NCBI GenBank assembly: GCA_038228295.1
Contig: JBBRPH010000002.1
Location: forward strand, 39,293-103,292
Reading direction: 5' to 3'
From: Chloroflexia bacterium
GTDB taxonomy: Bacteria > Chloroflexota > Chloroflexia > QHBQ01 > JAICKM01
DNA: 64,000 bases
Shown: in pieces, positions 14,410-22,843 of the stretch
Layout of the letters: each line of letters begins with the position of its first letter
How positions within the stretch are numbered: position 1 is the first letter of the stretch
Translations under genes and position numbers: made by a program
The notes under the pieces: generated by a model
What the model saw: only the letters and a program-made list of their open reading frames with translations
The model's database searches: none
Told to the model about the DNA's origin: nothing

Positions 14410-16683
14410 TTACCGATTGTCCCTCTCTGCCCCCGCCGCCTCGGCGTAGCGCGAATGTGGGCCGTACCGCCAGTCGTAGTAGTGGCGGCCCACGTTGCCC
14501 ATTTCCACCTGCCAAGCCGGGGCATTGGTGGGCACATAGGTGAGCACACGGCGCTGGTAGGCTTGGATCAGTGCCCACTGATCGGCTCCGGCGATGCGGA
14601 TACGGACCCAGTAGGCTTCGCTGATCGGGTAGCCTAGGTCGAATAGCGGGTCCACAACGGCCCCTTGCACCAACCCACCGTTCTGGTAGATCAGCCCCTG
14701 CCGAGCTTGGAACGCGGCGAAGACGTTGGGGATGTTGTGGCCTAGCGTCGGCTCATAGCGCGCCTGGGTTACGCCCGCCAATGCACCGGCCGGCACTTGG
14801 CCGGTGCCGTCACCGACGGTCCCCGCCCGATCGAGCGTGGCCGTGACCGGCGTGCCGGTGAGGTCATCGGCCCGGTTGTCCCCGTGCAACGATGCGACAC
14901 GGGCCATCGTGGCATAGGTCGGCGCATCGGGGCTATCGCTATCGCCGGCCACCGGCACTGGGTTCGGGGCCGCCGCCTGCGGGTCGAATTGGGTGTCGCC
15001 GGTCTGCACCTGCCCCGTCATCATCTCAACCACCAGCAGGCCGTTGGTCACGAACCATTTGGCCGCCGCGTCCGCCGCCGGATTGTTGATCTCCATACGC
15101 GCTTTGTCAAAATATTGCACTAGTCGCTGCCCGTTCTTGCCTTGCGTGTAGGGTTCATTGCCCGCCGCGAAGGGCGCCGGCCCCCAGATCCAGGGCCGCG
15201 CCGCTTGGCCGTCACGCACCGGGCGGTCGCTGCGTTCCCAGACGCGGGCGAAGGCAGGGTCCACAAAGTCTTTGGCCGGCGCGGGTGTGAAGGTTGGGTT
15301 AGCAGTGGGGTTGCCGCCGGCGGTCGGGACCGGAGCCGCGCCGGTTAATTGACCGTTGATGTTGACCGCGTAGATGTTTTGGTCGCCCAACCGTGTATCC
15401 ACCCAGGCCACCGAGGCCCGCCCGGCCACCGCGTCCACCTGGATATAGTCGCCGATCAACGTGCCGCCGAAGCCGATGCTGGGATCGCTTTGCGCGTCGC
15501 CGATCCGCACCTCCGGCGCGAAGCTGCGCCCGTCGTCGCTGGACTGGGTGTAGTAGGGCGAGAAGGTCAGGTTATGCGGGTCGTCGCGGCGGTCGAGCCA
15601 AGCGACATGCAGCACACCGTCGGGACCGAAGACCAGCGTTGGAAAGAACTGGTCGGCGTTGCCGCTGTCGCTGTTGAGGCGGGTCGGTGCGCTCCAGGTG
15701 CGTCCGTTGTCGCGCGAGCGAGTGAGCAGGATGTCACTGTTGCCGGGGTAGTCGTTCCAAACGGCGGCCAATGTGCCGTCGAGCGGGTTACTCGCCAGTT
15801 GCGGCAGCACAAACATCCGAAACTTGCTGGTGGGCAGTGGTGTGGGCGGGTCATGCACATCGGCGACTTTGACCGGCGGCGCGAAGCTGCGCCCCCCATC
15901 GCTGCTGCGCCCCAGCCAGAGGCCCGCCTTACTGGTCTGGTCATAGTACAGCACATTGAGGTCGCCCGCCGGACCGACGGCCGGGAAGGCGCCTTGTACA
16001 TCGGTCTGGTCGTGCGTGCGGCTGATCTGCACCGGCGTGCTCCAGGTTGCGCCCGCATCGGTCGAGCGGATTTCCACGATGTCGCCGCGCTGCTCCTTAT
16101 CGTTGATCGTGGTGAAGCGGGTCCAGGTGAGATAGAGTGTGCCGCGCGTGGCCGTGGCGCTGCGATCGACGGTTAGCCATTCTTTGTCGTTGAAAATCTT
16201 AGCGCTATTGGCCTGCGCCAGGACCGGCGTACTCCACGTTGCGCCGTCGTCGCTCGAATGGGCCACGAACAGCCCGCCTTTGTTGAAATCGGCCTGATCA
16301 TAGCCGATCACGCTGGTATAGGCGATGCCGTCAGCGTTGTAGACCACCACCGGATCGCTCTGATTGGGCAAATCGGCGGGCAAACCGGGTAGATGGCCGT
16401 CGGTCCAGGTCGCGCCGCCGTCGCTGGAGCGGTAGTGCCAGACTTGCTTCTCGCCGTTACGCCAGTCTTTGGCGGCGGCGATCAAGTGCTGCGGGTCTTT
16501 GGGATTGACCGCCAGCGTCGGTTCCTGCTGCTGGTCGGTCTGCGTCACATTAACGCGCACATTGGCGCTGAAACCGGCCTGTGCGGGGACGGCTGCGTTG
16601 GTCTGACCGGCTGCCCCCGCCAGTAGCGGCAGCAGCAACAGCATAGGCACCAGGCGCAGGGTTGGACGATGGGTGAGTTGCAT
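14410..16683 (-). CDS. Secreted BNR/Asp-box repeat (sialidase-fold) protein with extra C-terminal domains
   Basis: Signal peptide 'LVPMLLLLPLLAGAAGQTNA'. Six Asp-box motifs (SSDGGATW, SSDDGATW, STDAGATW, SSDGGRSF, SRDNGRTW, SSDDGRSF). C-terminal ~280 aa are non-BNR. Confidence 0.8.
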   Translation of the reverse strand: MQLTHRPTLRLVPMLLLLPLLAGAAGQTNAAVPAQAGFSANVRVNVTQTDQQQEPTLAVNPKDPQHLIAAAKDWRNGEKQVWHYRSSDGGATWTDGHLPGLPADLPNQSDPVVVYNADGIAYTSVIGYDQADFNKGGLFVAHSSDDGATWSTPVLAQANSAKIFNDKEWLTVDRSATATRGTLYLTWTRFTTINDKEQRGDIVEIRSTDAGATWSTPVQISRTHDQTDVQGAFPAVGPAGDLNVLYYDQTSKAGLWLGRSSDGGRSFAPPVKVADVHDPPTPLPTSKFRMFVLPQLASNPLDGTLAAVWNDYPGNSDILLTRSRDNGRTWSAPTRLNSDSGNADQFFPTLVFGPDGVLHVAWLDRRDDPHNLTFSPYYTQSSDDGRSFAPEVRIGDAQSDPSIGFGGTLIGDYIQVDAVAGRASVAWVDTRLGDQNIYAVNINGQLTGAAPVPTAGGNPTANPTFTPAPAKDFVDPAFARVWERSDRPVRDGQAARPWIWGPAPFAAGNEPYTQGKNGQRLVQYFDKARMEINNPAADAAAKWFVTNGLLVVEMMTGQVQTGDTQFDPQAAAPNPVPVAGDSDSPDAPTYATMARVASLHGDNRADDLTGTPVTATLDRAGTVGDGTGQVPAGALAGVTQARYEPTLGHNIPNVFAAFQARQGLIYQNGGLVQGAVVDPLFDLGYPISEAYWVRIRIAGADQWALIQAYQRRVLTYVPTNAPAWQVEMGNVGRHYYDWRYGPHSRYAEAAGAERDNR

Positions 16684-16886
16684 TAATGTGGGATCTCCCT
16701 CTATTAGTTAGCTATGGCTGTGCAAGGGTTCTACCCTATATACGCCCTGCGGTCGGAGATGGTTCGTTTCCCGGCACGGCCGTAGTAAGCCGCTTCGGTA
16801 CCCCGGAACCGCCAGAGGCACAGGCTGTGCTAGTGCAGGTTCAGATGCGAGGTAGTTCCGATTCAGTACACAAAGGAGGCACTCGA

Positions 16887-17171
16887 ATGGCTTGGCTTCA
16901 TGTGCATCATAAGGTGCAAGACTATAACCAGTGGCGGCAGGTGTGGGACCGCACGGCCGAGTACAAGCGACACCAGGGTTGGAAACGGTTTCGCCTGTTC
17001 CAGGTGGCCGGCGACCGTACCGATTTGATCGTTATGGAGCAGTTCGGCACGCTCGAACAGGCGCAAGCCTATGCCGCGTCGGACGTGCTGCAAAAGTCAC
17101 TGCAACAGGCCGGGGTGATCGCGCCCGCCGAAATCGTGGTCCTGGATGGGCTGGAAGAGGGGCCGGCGTGA
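16887..17171 (+). CDS. Small conserved cytoplasmic protein (94 aa), function unknown
   Basis: ATG 16887 is preceded by AAAGGAGG. 'MAWLHVHHKVQDYNQWRQVWD...' resembles small alpha+beta stress/ABM-like proteins. Its stop overlaps the next start (GTGA). The tracked ORF 16686 is an upstream extension. Confidence 0.55.
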   Translation: MAWLHVHHKVQDYNQWRQVWDRTAEYKRHQGWKRFRLFQVAGDRTDLIVMEQFGTLEQAQAYAASDVLQKSLQQAGVIAPAEIVVLDGLEEGPA

Positions 17172-18112
17172 CGCAGGCGGCGACGATCCGCGGCGAAGCG
17201 CAATTCATCGAAACCAACGGTGTGCGGCTCCATGTGGTGCTGGCTGGGCCGCAAGACGGGCCGCTGGTGGTGCTGCTGCACGGCTTCCCCGACTTCTGGT
17301 ACGGCTGGCGCAAGCAAATCCCCGCGTTGGCGGCGGCGGGTTACCGTGTAGCTGTGCCGGATCAACGCGGCTATGGGCGCAGCGACAAGCCCCGTGGTAT
17401 CGCGGCCTATAGCGTAGACCATTTGGCCGCCGACATCGCCGGGCTGATCCGCACGTTGGGTCACACGCAGGCGGCAGTGATCGGGCACGACTGGGGCGCG
17501 GCAGTGGCCTGGCACCTAGCCCTCACGCAGCCGGCTTATGTGGCGCGGCTGGGTATCCTCAACGTGCCGCACCCGGCGGTGATGGCCCAGCAACTGACGC
17601 ATAACCCGGCGCAACTCCTGCGTAGTTGGTATGCCTTCGCCTTCCAGTTGCCGGCTGTTCCGGAAGCCCTGTTCCGTGCCGCCGACTTTCGCGTGGGCGT
17701 GGCCGGGTTGGTGGTCAGCAGTCGGGTGGGGACGTTCACGGATGAGGATCTGCGCCATTACCGACGGGCGTGGGCGCAACCCTGGGCACTCACCTCGATG
17801 ATCCACTGGTATCGGGCGGCGGCGCGCAGCCTGGGCACCTTGCCGACTGATCTGCGGGTGCGGATGCCTGCGCTGATCATCTGGGGCACCGGCGATAAGT
17901 TTTTAGGTCGCGAAATGGCCCCGGCCAGCCTAGCCTATTGCGACGACGGGCGCTTGGAACTCCTGGAAGGTATTGGTCATTGGGTGCAAGACGAGGAACC
18001 GGCGCAAGTCAACCGCTTGCTACGCGATTTTCTTCTGTCGCCCGCGCAATCGCACGGTAGCAGGCGCGCAAATCGCGCCGCAGGCGGCGCCAATCGCCCG
18101 CCACGTCGCTAG
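17168..18112 (+). CDS. Alpha/beta hydrolase (epoxide-hydrolase-like)
   Basis: 'LLHGFPDFWYGWRKQIP', 'PDQRGYGRSDKP', nucleophile elbow 'GHDWGA'. GTG 17168 overlaps the upstream stop. The last ~30 aa overlap the convergent gene and may be spurious extension. Confidence 0.85.
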   Translation: MTQAATIRGEAQFIETNGVRLHVVLAGPQDGPLVVLLHGFPDFWYGWRKQIPALAAAGYRVAVPDQRGYGRSDKPRGIAAYSVDHLAADIAGLIRTLGHTQAAVIGHDWGAAVAWHLALTQPAYVARLGILNVPHPAVMAQQLTHNPAQLLRSWYAFAFQLPAVPEALFRAADFRVGVAGLVVSSRVGTFTDEDLRHYRRAWAQPWALTSMIHWYRAAARSLGTLPTDLRVRMPALIIWGTGDKFLGREMAPASLAYCDDGRLELLEGIGHWVQDEEPAQVNRLLRDFLLSPAQSHGSRRANRAAGGANRPPRR

Positions 18113-18620
18113 AGGCGCCGCTGGTGATGCGGTCTACCGTGGTGTTGGCCCGCACACGCAACTCCGCCGATTCGCGGGCTTGGGTTGGAGTGATGCCGAA
18201 GACGGCGCTGTGTAGCTCGACCATTGTGGCGAGGAATTCGGTCTTGTCGGGCTTACCGGACAGGCGGCGGTGGTCGTCATTGTAGCGCAGTTCCAGCGCG
18301 GCGACGCGCGCCGGGTCAAAGCGCAGGGTGGAATAGCGCCCGGCCAGCCAGTAAAACTTCTCGTAATATGCCTGCACTACCTGTGCATCGTGGTCACGCG
18401 GTACCCAAGCAATCGAGGCGCGTGTCACGTAGTAGGCCGCCTGCCAGGAGCGCGGGAAGGGAATGCGGAACTGCTCTTGACATAATCCGACAATCAGCCG
18501 CAGCAAGCGGCCCCAACGCCGGTCGTAGTAGGCCCGCCAGCCGGCGGCTTCAAAGTAGGCGACCCGGTCGGGATCAAAGCGCGGCTGTCTCTTCAGCTCC
18601 GGTCCAGTCGGTCCAGCCAA
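18009..18620 (-). CDS. Hypothetical protein
   Basis: 203-aa ORF with protein-like composition ('AYFEAAGWRAYYDRRWGRLLRLIVGLCQEQF'). No family recognised. Start uncertain. Confidence 0.45.
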   Translation of the reverse strand: MAGPTGPELKRQPRFDPDRVAYFEAAGWRAYYDRRWGRLLRLIVGLCQEQFRIPFPRSWQAAYYVTRASIAWVPRDHDAQVVQAYYEKFYWLAGRYSTLRFDPARVAALELRYNDDHRRLSGKPDKTEFLATMVELHSAVFGITPTQARESAELRVRANTTVDRITSGASSDVAGDWRRLRRDLRACYRAIARATEENRVASG

Positions 18621-19539
18621 ACTCCATGCCGTTTACACCTTGGATCAGGCTGCCGATTAGGTTGCCCTGTGCCCCACGCAGCGTTACTGCCCACGCGCCG
18701 TCGTCGTAGGCGACCAGATGTTCGCGCATCACCACATCGCCCGGCCCCGGCTGGCGCAGGCGGATACAGGCCGCGTCCAGTCGGAAAAGGGTTGTGCCCT
18801 CATCCGTCTCCGGTTCGCAGTCCAACAGAGCGTGATAACGGGCCGTGCTGGCCGCCCGATCTTGCACGGCCAGGGTGATCTCGGCCACGCCGGTCACGCC
18901 GTTGGCGTGCTCGCGTGCTGCGCCGGGCGGTACGCGCAGGTCACGTGCGGTCAAATCGGCGCACAGGAAAGGTAGGTCGGAAGTCAAGGGGATAGCTGTT
19001 TGCCAGGCGACGGTTTGGCCGTCGGGGCGTAGGCGGCTGCCGGGGGTGGGTCCGTCCAGTGAGAGGCCGCGTGCCTGAGCCGCTACCACATCTTCGTTAA
19101 TAGCCGTGGGTAGCAGAGCATAGTCAAGCAGGCCCGCGCCCATCGCCCGCCGCGCCATCCAGCGGCGGGTGAGCGCTGCCAGACCCGCCGATTGCGGTGT
19201 ACGCAGCGGTGCGTGCGACCGGCGGATAGTCTTCTCGCCTGCCCCATCCAGGGCAGCGGTCGGGACGAGCGCCGGCTCGCCCTTCGGTTTTGTCGGGTGG
19301 GCCGCCGCCTCAAGATCCGCTTTGCCTTTGGACGACAGGACGGGTGCCGGCGGGTCCGTATCGCGGAAGGCGATCAGTTCTAGGTAACTACCGTCGGCTA
19401 GGGCGATCAGCGCGTTGTGCGTTAAGCCGCCGGCGTGTTCGCCGCCGGGGGTGACCGTGAAACCGCGGGCAGTGTAATCTCTCTCGGCCTGCTCCAAGTC
19501 GGGCACCAGGATCACGATATGATCAATGCCGATAATCAT
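18574..19539 (-). CDS. VOC / glyoxalase-like domain protein
   Basis: 'MIIGIDHIVILVPDLEQAERDYTARGFTVTPGGEHAGGLTHNALIALADGSYLELIAF' is typical of the glyoxalase-like (VOC) fold. ATGA overlap with the upstream M20 gene. Confidence 0.7.
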   Translation of the reverse strand: MIIGIDHIVILVPDLEQAERDYTARGFTVTPGGEHAGGLTHNALIALADGSYLELIAFRDTDPPAPVLSSKGKADLEAAAHPTKPKGEPALVPTAALDGAGEKTIRRSHAPLRTPQSAGLAALTRRWMARRAMGAGLLDYALLPTAINEDVVAAQARGLSLDGPTPGSRLRPDGQTVAWQTAIPLTSDLPFLCADLTARDLRVPPGAAREHANGVTGVAEITLAVQDRAASTARYHALLDCEPETDEGTTLFRLDAACIRLRQPGPGDVVMREHLVAYDDGAWAVTLRGAQGNLIGSLIQGVNGMEFGWTDWTGAEETAAL

Positions 19540-20876
19540 GCGTGGGCCTCGCCGAAGCGTTGCAATACCTCATAGATCGCGTTAGCCCCGAACGCGACCG
19601 CCGCGACGGGGATGCGTTCGTCAGCGGCGTGGATCGTGGCCTGGAAGTCGAAATCAGGCGGTAGGTTCATGGGTAGGAACCCGTAGGTTTGGATGCCCAG
19701 GCGGGCAAAGTAGCGCCCGTCGGTCACAAAGGGCATCAAGGTGGGCAGAGGGATCGCCTGGGGGTCGGCGGCACGGATCACTGCGGCCAGCGTAGGAAAT
19801 AAGCCTAGGTCAGGGGCGGCGGGGCCGGCGTTTTCGCCCGTCACTTCCCACTCCACACCGGTGCCGCTCCAAGCGCGCAGTTCGGCGGCCAGATCGGCGG
19901 GACCGTAACCGGGCAGCGTGCGTCCGTCCAATTCCAGCATGATGCGGCTGGGGTGGACGTTGGCCGCTTCGCCCCCGGTCACGATGGTTGGACTGACTGT
20001 GTTGTGCAGTACCGGATCAAACAGCTTGCCGGTTGGTCCCATGCCGTCTAGCACGGTATCGGTCTGTGCGGGGTCCAGCAGGGCGCTGAGTGGTTGCCCC
20101 AATGCCGCCGGCAAGACCGGCACCATCGCCTCGATCATGTGCTTGACCACCGGCGTGATATGGACCGGCAGGCGTGCGCCGTCCAGCCGCCTCAGCAGGG
20201 TGCCCAATTGGGCCATCGCGCCGCCGCGTATGGGTTGCGAGGCGTGCCCGCCCGGCCCGCGCACCGTCGCCCGCACGCGACATGACTGTTTTTCGGCCAC
20301 CATGATCGGATAGAACACCTGCCCGGCCAGCCGCAATGGGAAGCCGCCGAACTCGCCCAGCGCATAATGCACGCCCGCGAAGCGATCCGCGTGGTCACGG
20401 ATCAGGAAGCCCGTACCCTCAATGCCGAAGGCTTCCTCGTCACTGACGAGCAGCAACAGCACATCGCCGGGTGGCGGCGTGGCCGCGGCTTGCGCCCGCA
20501 GCACGGCGGCGACCATCATCGCCACGCCGCCTTTCATATCCAACGCACCCCGGCCCCACAGATAGCCGTCGTGGATCTCGCCGCCGAAGGGTGGATGCTG
20601 CCAAGCTTGGTTGGCGGTGGTCACCACATCTACATGGCCCTGGAGCAACAGGGGCGGGGCTGTGCCGCGCCCCGGCAGGCGGGCCAGGAGGTTGGGCCGC
20701 GCCGGATCGTGCGCCAAAATCGCCGCCGGAATCCCGGCGGCGGTCAGCAGATCATGGACATAGGCGATACAAGCGGCTTCGGCTCCCGGCGGATTAGTTG
20801 TATCGAAGCGGATCAGCCGCTGCAACAGTTCCGCTGGGCGCGTGTATAGTGCGGAGTCGGCGCTGGTCGCGGTCAT
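19536..20876 (-). CDS. M20 family metallopeptidase (ArgE/DapE/CPG2-like)
   Basis: 'LQGHVDVV', 'WGRGALDMKGG' and 'LLLVSDEE' metal-ligand motifs of the M20 family. Confidence 0.85.
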   Translation of the reverse strand: MTATSADSALYTRPAELLQRLIRFDTTNPPGAEAACIAYVHDLLTAAGIPAAILAHDPARPNLLARLPGRGTAPPLLLQGHVDVVTTANQAWQHPPFGGEIHDGYLWGRGALDMKGGVAMMVAAVLRAQAAATPPPGDVLLLLVSDEEAFGIEGTGFLIRDHADRFAGVHYALGEFGGFPLRLAGQVFYPIMVAEKQSCRVRATVRGPGGHASQPIRGGAMAQLGTLLRRLDGARLPVHITPVVKHMIEAMVPVLPAALGQPLSALLDPAQTDTVLDGMGPTGKLFDPVLHNTVSPTIVTGGEAANVHPSRIMLELDGRTLPGYGPADLAAELRAWSGTGVEWEVTGENAGPAAPDLGLFPTLAAVIRAADPQAIPLPTLMPFVTDGRYFARLGIQTYGFLPMNLPPDFDFQATIHAADERIPVAAVAFGANAIYEVLQRFGEAHA

Positions 20877-20917
20877 AGATAGTCCTGCCTAGCGGCGCAA
20901 CGCGCCTAGATTGTCGG

Positions 20918-20946
20918 TTGACCTCGCCTCGCGCTTCTGCTACAAT
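20918..20946 (+). promoter_or_regulatory. Near-consensus promoter for small membrane protein gene
   Basis: TTGACC (20918-20923), 17 nt, TACAAT (20941-20946), then GAGGAGG RBS and ATG 20971. Confidence 0.45.
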
Positions 20947-20970
20947 CAGCCGCGAGGAGGAAGGTGCTAC

Positions 20971-21147
20971 ATGAATCAAATGATGATCGTGCGCTTGTTA
21001 TTCGTTGTCGTTGTCGTGCTCGGCTTGGCCCAACTACTGGATTGGGTGCCCGCCGGTCAGGGCAGCGTGTTCACTTGGATCCACATCATCGCCGGCTTGG
21101 CGCTCATTGTCCTGATGGAGCGGGTCTGGTCGGCCCGCACGCGCTAA
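20971..21147 (+). CDS. Small (58 aa) two-TM membrane protein
   Basis: 'MNQMMIVRLLFVVVVVLGLAQLL...WIHIIAGLALIVLMERVW'. Strong RBS and promoter upstream. The tracked ORF 20911 is an upstream extension. Confidence 0.5.
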   Translation: MNQMMIVRLLFVVVVVLGLAQLLDWVPAGQGSVFTWIHIIAGLALIVLMERVWSARTR

Positions 21148-21204
21148 CAAAGTCTGAGTTCTGAATTAGCAACTTAGCTCTAGCGCGCTAATGAAATCCG
21201 TAAC

Positions 21205-21876
21205 TCAGAACTCAGCCTTCAGAGCTTCGGTCGCTTGCCGGGCCAGGTTCTCAATTGCGGCCCAATCGCCGGCGCGTACAGCGGCGGCCGGTTGGATGGA
21301 GCCCGCGAGACCAATCACCTGCACGCCTGCCGCCAGATAATCACGAATAGCGGCCACCGTTGTACCACCCGCCGCCCAAAGGGGCAGGGTGGGCAAAGGG
21401 GCCATGATGTCGCGGAAGTAGGCCGGGCCGCCGACCGCACTGACCGGAAAGACCTTGACCAGATCCGCCCCTCGTTCCAGTGCGGCGAGGATCTCCGTCA
21501 CGGTGAGAGCGCCTAATACGGTGACCGCACCGTACTCCTGCGCCGCCGGCGCGAGGTCCGGCGCGCACGGCGCGACCAAAAAGCGTGCACCGGCATCCAG
21601 CGCGGTCCGTGCGGTGTCGGTGGTCAACACAGTGCCCGCGCCGATCAGGATGGCGGGGTCGCTACGGAAGCGGTCGGCCAGTTCGGTGATCAGCCCCGCC
21701 GCCCCCGGTGTGGTCATCGTGATCTCAACGCAGTTGATGCCGCCGCGTAGATAGGCCAACGCAATCTCGCGCGCCGCCGCCGCGTCGTCCACGCGCACTA
21801 CACCGACTAGCCGCGCCGCCCGCAGCGTGTCCATTGCCACCGTGCGCCCTTGTCGTTCCACGGCTGCTTCGTTCAT
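21205..21876 (-). CDS. eda: KDPG / 4-hydroxy-2-oxoglutarate aldolase
   Basis: 'GGINCVEITMTTPGA', 'IGAGTVL' and 'VKVFP' (Schiff-base Lys region) are typical of Eda-family class I aldolases. Confidence 0.85.
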   Translation of the reverse strand: MNEAAVERQGRTVAMDTLRAARLVGVVRVDDAAAAREIALAYLRGGINCVEITMTTPGAAGLITELADRFRSDPAILIGAGTVLTTDTARTALDAGARFLVAPCAPDLAPAAQEYGAVTVLGALTVTEILAALERGADLVKVFPVSAVGGPAYFRDIMAPLPTLPLWAAGGTTVAAIRDYLAAGVQVIGLAGSIQPAAAVRAGDWAAIENLARQATEALKAEF

Positions 21877-21885
21877 GGGTGGCTC

Positions 21886-21927
21886 CTAATGCGTAATACG
21901 TAAGGACGTAAGTGCGGGTTGCGGGTC
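21886..21927. repeat. Degenerate heptamer array in the eda 5' leader
   Basis: CTAATGC GTAATAC GTAAGGA CGTAAGT GCGGGTT GCGGGTC, starting 10 nt upstream of the eda ATG (21876). Confidence 0.6.
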
Positions 21928-21963
21928 GCAGGCCGGGCAGGAGATGCGGAACCGGCGTGCCTT

Positions 21964-21972
21964 ATTATAGCA
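21964..21972 (-). promoter_or_regulatory. Extended -10 (TGCTATAAT) for eda
   Basis: Minus strand reads TGC-TATAAT at 21972-21964, ~90 nt upstream of the eda ATG. Embedded between 8-nt inverted repeats GGCGTGCC/GGCACGCC. Confidence 0.35.
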
Positions 21973-22062
21973 CGTTTTGCCTTTTTTGGCACGCCGCCCG
22001 ACCTGACCCCCGCTTCTAAAGGGAAGGAGGTGTTGACGGAGACACCGCAGCCATTGAGCAGC

Positions 22063-22093
22063 AGGATCACCACTCCAAGTGGCGTGTGATCCT
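22063..22093 (-). terminator. Hairpin directly after the DinB-family gene stop
   Basis: AGGATCAC (22063-22070) pairs with GTGATCCT (22086-22093), with inner CCACT/AGTGG pairing. Abuts stop codon 22095-22097. No clear U tract. Confidence 0.3.
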
Positions 22094-22094
22094 G

Positions 22095-22586
22095 CTACAG
22101 GTGCAGCGTGTTCACGATGCGTTCAACCTGCTTGACGTGCGGCCGTTCATGGCGCGCCAGCCTCGCGGCATACGACAGCACGGTCCTTTCGAGAACCTTG
22201 CCCGCCCCCGTCACGGTCGCTGCCCGTGCCCAGTCTGCGGGGGCTAACGGTGCCAAGACGGCCAAGAGATCGGTCCGCTGCGCGGCAAAGGCGTGTAACG
22301 AGGGCTGAAATTCCTGTTCGCGATAGTCCGTTTGTTTGATCCAGGTCTTGGGATTGACCGCCCGCAGGGTCGGTCTGTCTTGGGCGATCATCGCCGCAAT
22401 GGCGTTGCCCCACATATCCGCACACGCACGCAGATGGGCCAGCACCTCGGTGGCGGACCACTGATCGGGGTGGGGGCGGGTATGCAATTGAGCTGGGGCC
22501 AGTCCGGCGGTAAGCGCAGCGAGGCGCGGCGACGTTGCTGCCAGCAGGGGCAGCACCTGCTCACTGCTGAGGGGGCTAGGGGGCAC
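22095..22586 (-). CDS. DinB-family (DinB_2) four-helix-bundle metalloprotein
   Basis: 'WSATEVLAHLRACADMWG' and C-terminal 'RHERPHVKQVE' histidine motifs typical of the DinB superfamily. Confidence 0.75.
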   Translation of the reverse strand: MPPSPLSSEQVLPLLAATSPRLAALTAGLAPAQLHTRPHPDQWSATEVLAHLRACADMWGNAIAAMIAQDRPTLRAVNPKTWIKQTDYREQEFQPSLHAFAAQRTDLLAVLAPLAPADWARAATVTGAGKVLERTVLSYAARLARHERPHVKQVERIVNTLHL

Positions 22587-22689
22587 AGGCGGTCTCCTTG
22601 CGCACAGACCCAGAGATATATGCGGTCAGCGCCATTAGAAGGTAGTGTTTAATTTCAGCTAGCTATTCTGCCAAGTGGCGTGAGATCCT

Positions 22690-22843
22690 GATCATAATGC
22701 GCCTTGCTCCCCCTCGCCCTTTAGACGCGGGGGAGGGGGAGCGGGGAGCGGCGACCCATTAGATAACACTGTACAGATCATAATCCGTCTTGCTCCCCCT
22801 CGTCCTTTAGGAGCGCGGGTCGGGGGGTGAGGTCGGCGATCCC
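22690..22843. repeat. Direct duplication (68 nt x2, period 86) covering the 3' end of the ClbS/DfsB-like gene
   Basis: GATCATAATGCGCCTTGCTCCCCCTCGCCCTTTAGACGCGGGGG... (22690-22757) vs GATCATAATCCGTCTTGCTCCCCCTCGTCCTTTAGGAGCGCGGG... (22776-22843). Copy B contains the stop and last ~12 codons of 22807-23352. Confidence 0.7.

Noticed and set aside
15349-16176. 275-aa + strand ORF inside the BNR gene. Similar shadow ORFs occur elsewhere: 45511-46296 -, 47221-48093 -, 50692-51303 -, 51424-52068 -, 52976-53737 -, 55804-56679 -, 43751-44476 -, 62338-62946 +.
   Set aside because: Each lies antisense to or out of frame with a CDS carrying clear family motifs (BNR, SBP, permease, YvcK, GAPDH, PGK, metzincin, GDE, CrtI-like). 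Their composition is Arg/His/Gly-rich and not protein-like.
16931-17167. Upstream extensions of tracked ORFs (16931, 53494, 41524, 28230, 12757, 42926, 49984, 60597, 55078, 20911, 16686).
   Set aside because: In each case homology, an RBS or an upstream promoter indicate an internal start. The extensions overlap the preceding gene or non-coding DNA and have non-protein-like composition.
18009-18112. 104-nt overlap between convergent CDS (hydrolase 17168-18112 and hypothetical 18009-18620).
   Set aside because: Most likely an artefact of stop-codon scarcity in high-GC DNA: the hydrolase homology ends near '..RLLRDFL', well before the tracked stop. This is not evidence for genuine overlapping coding.
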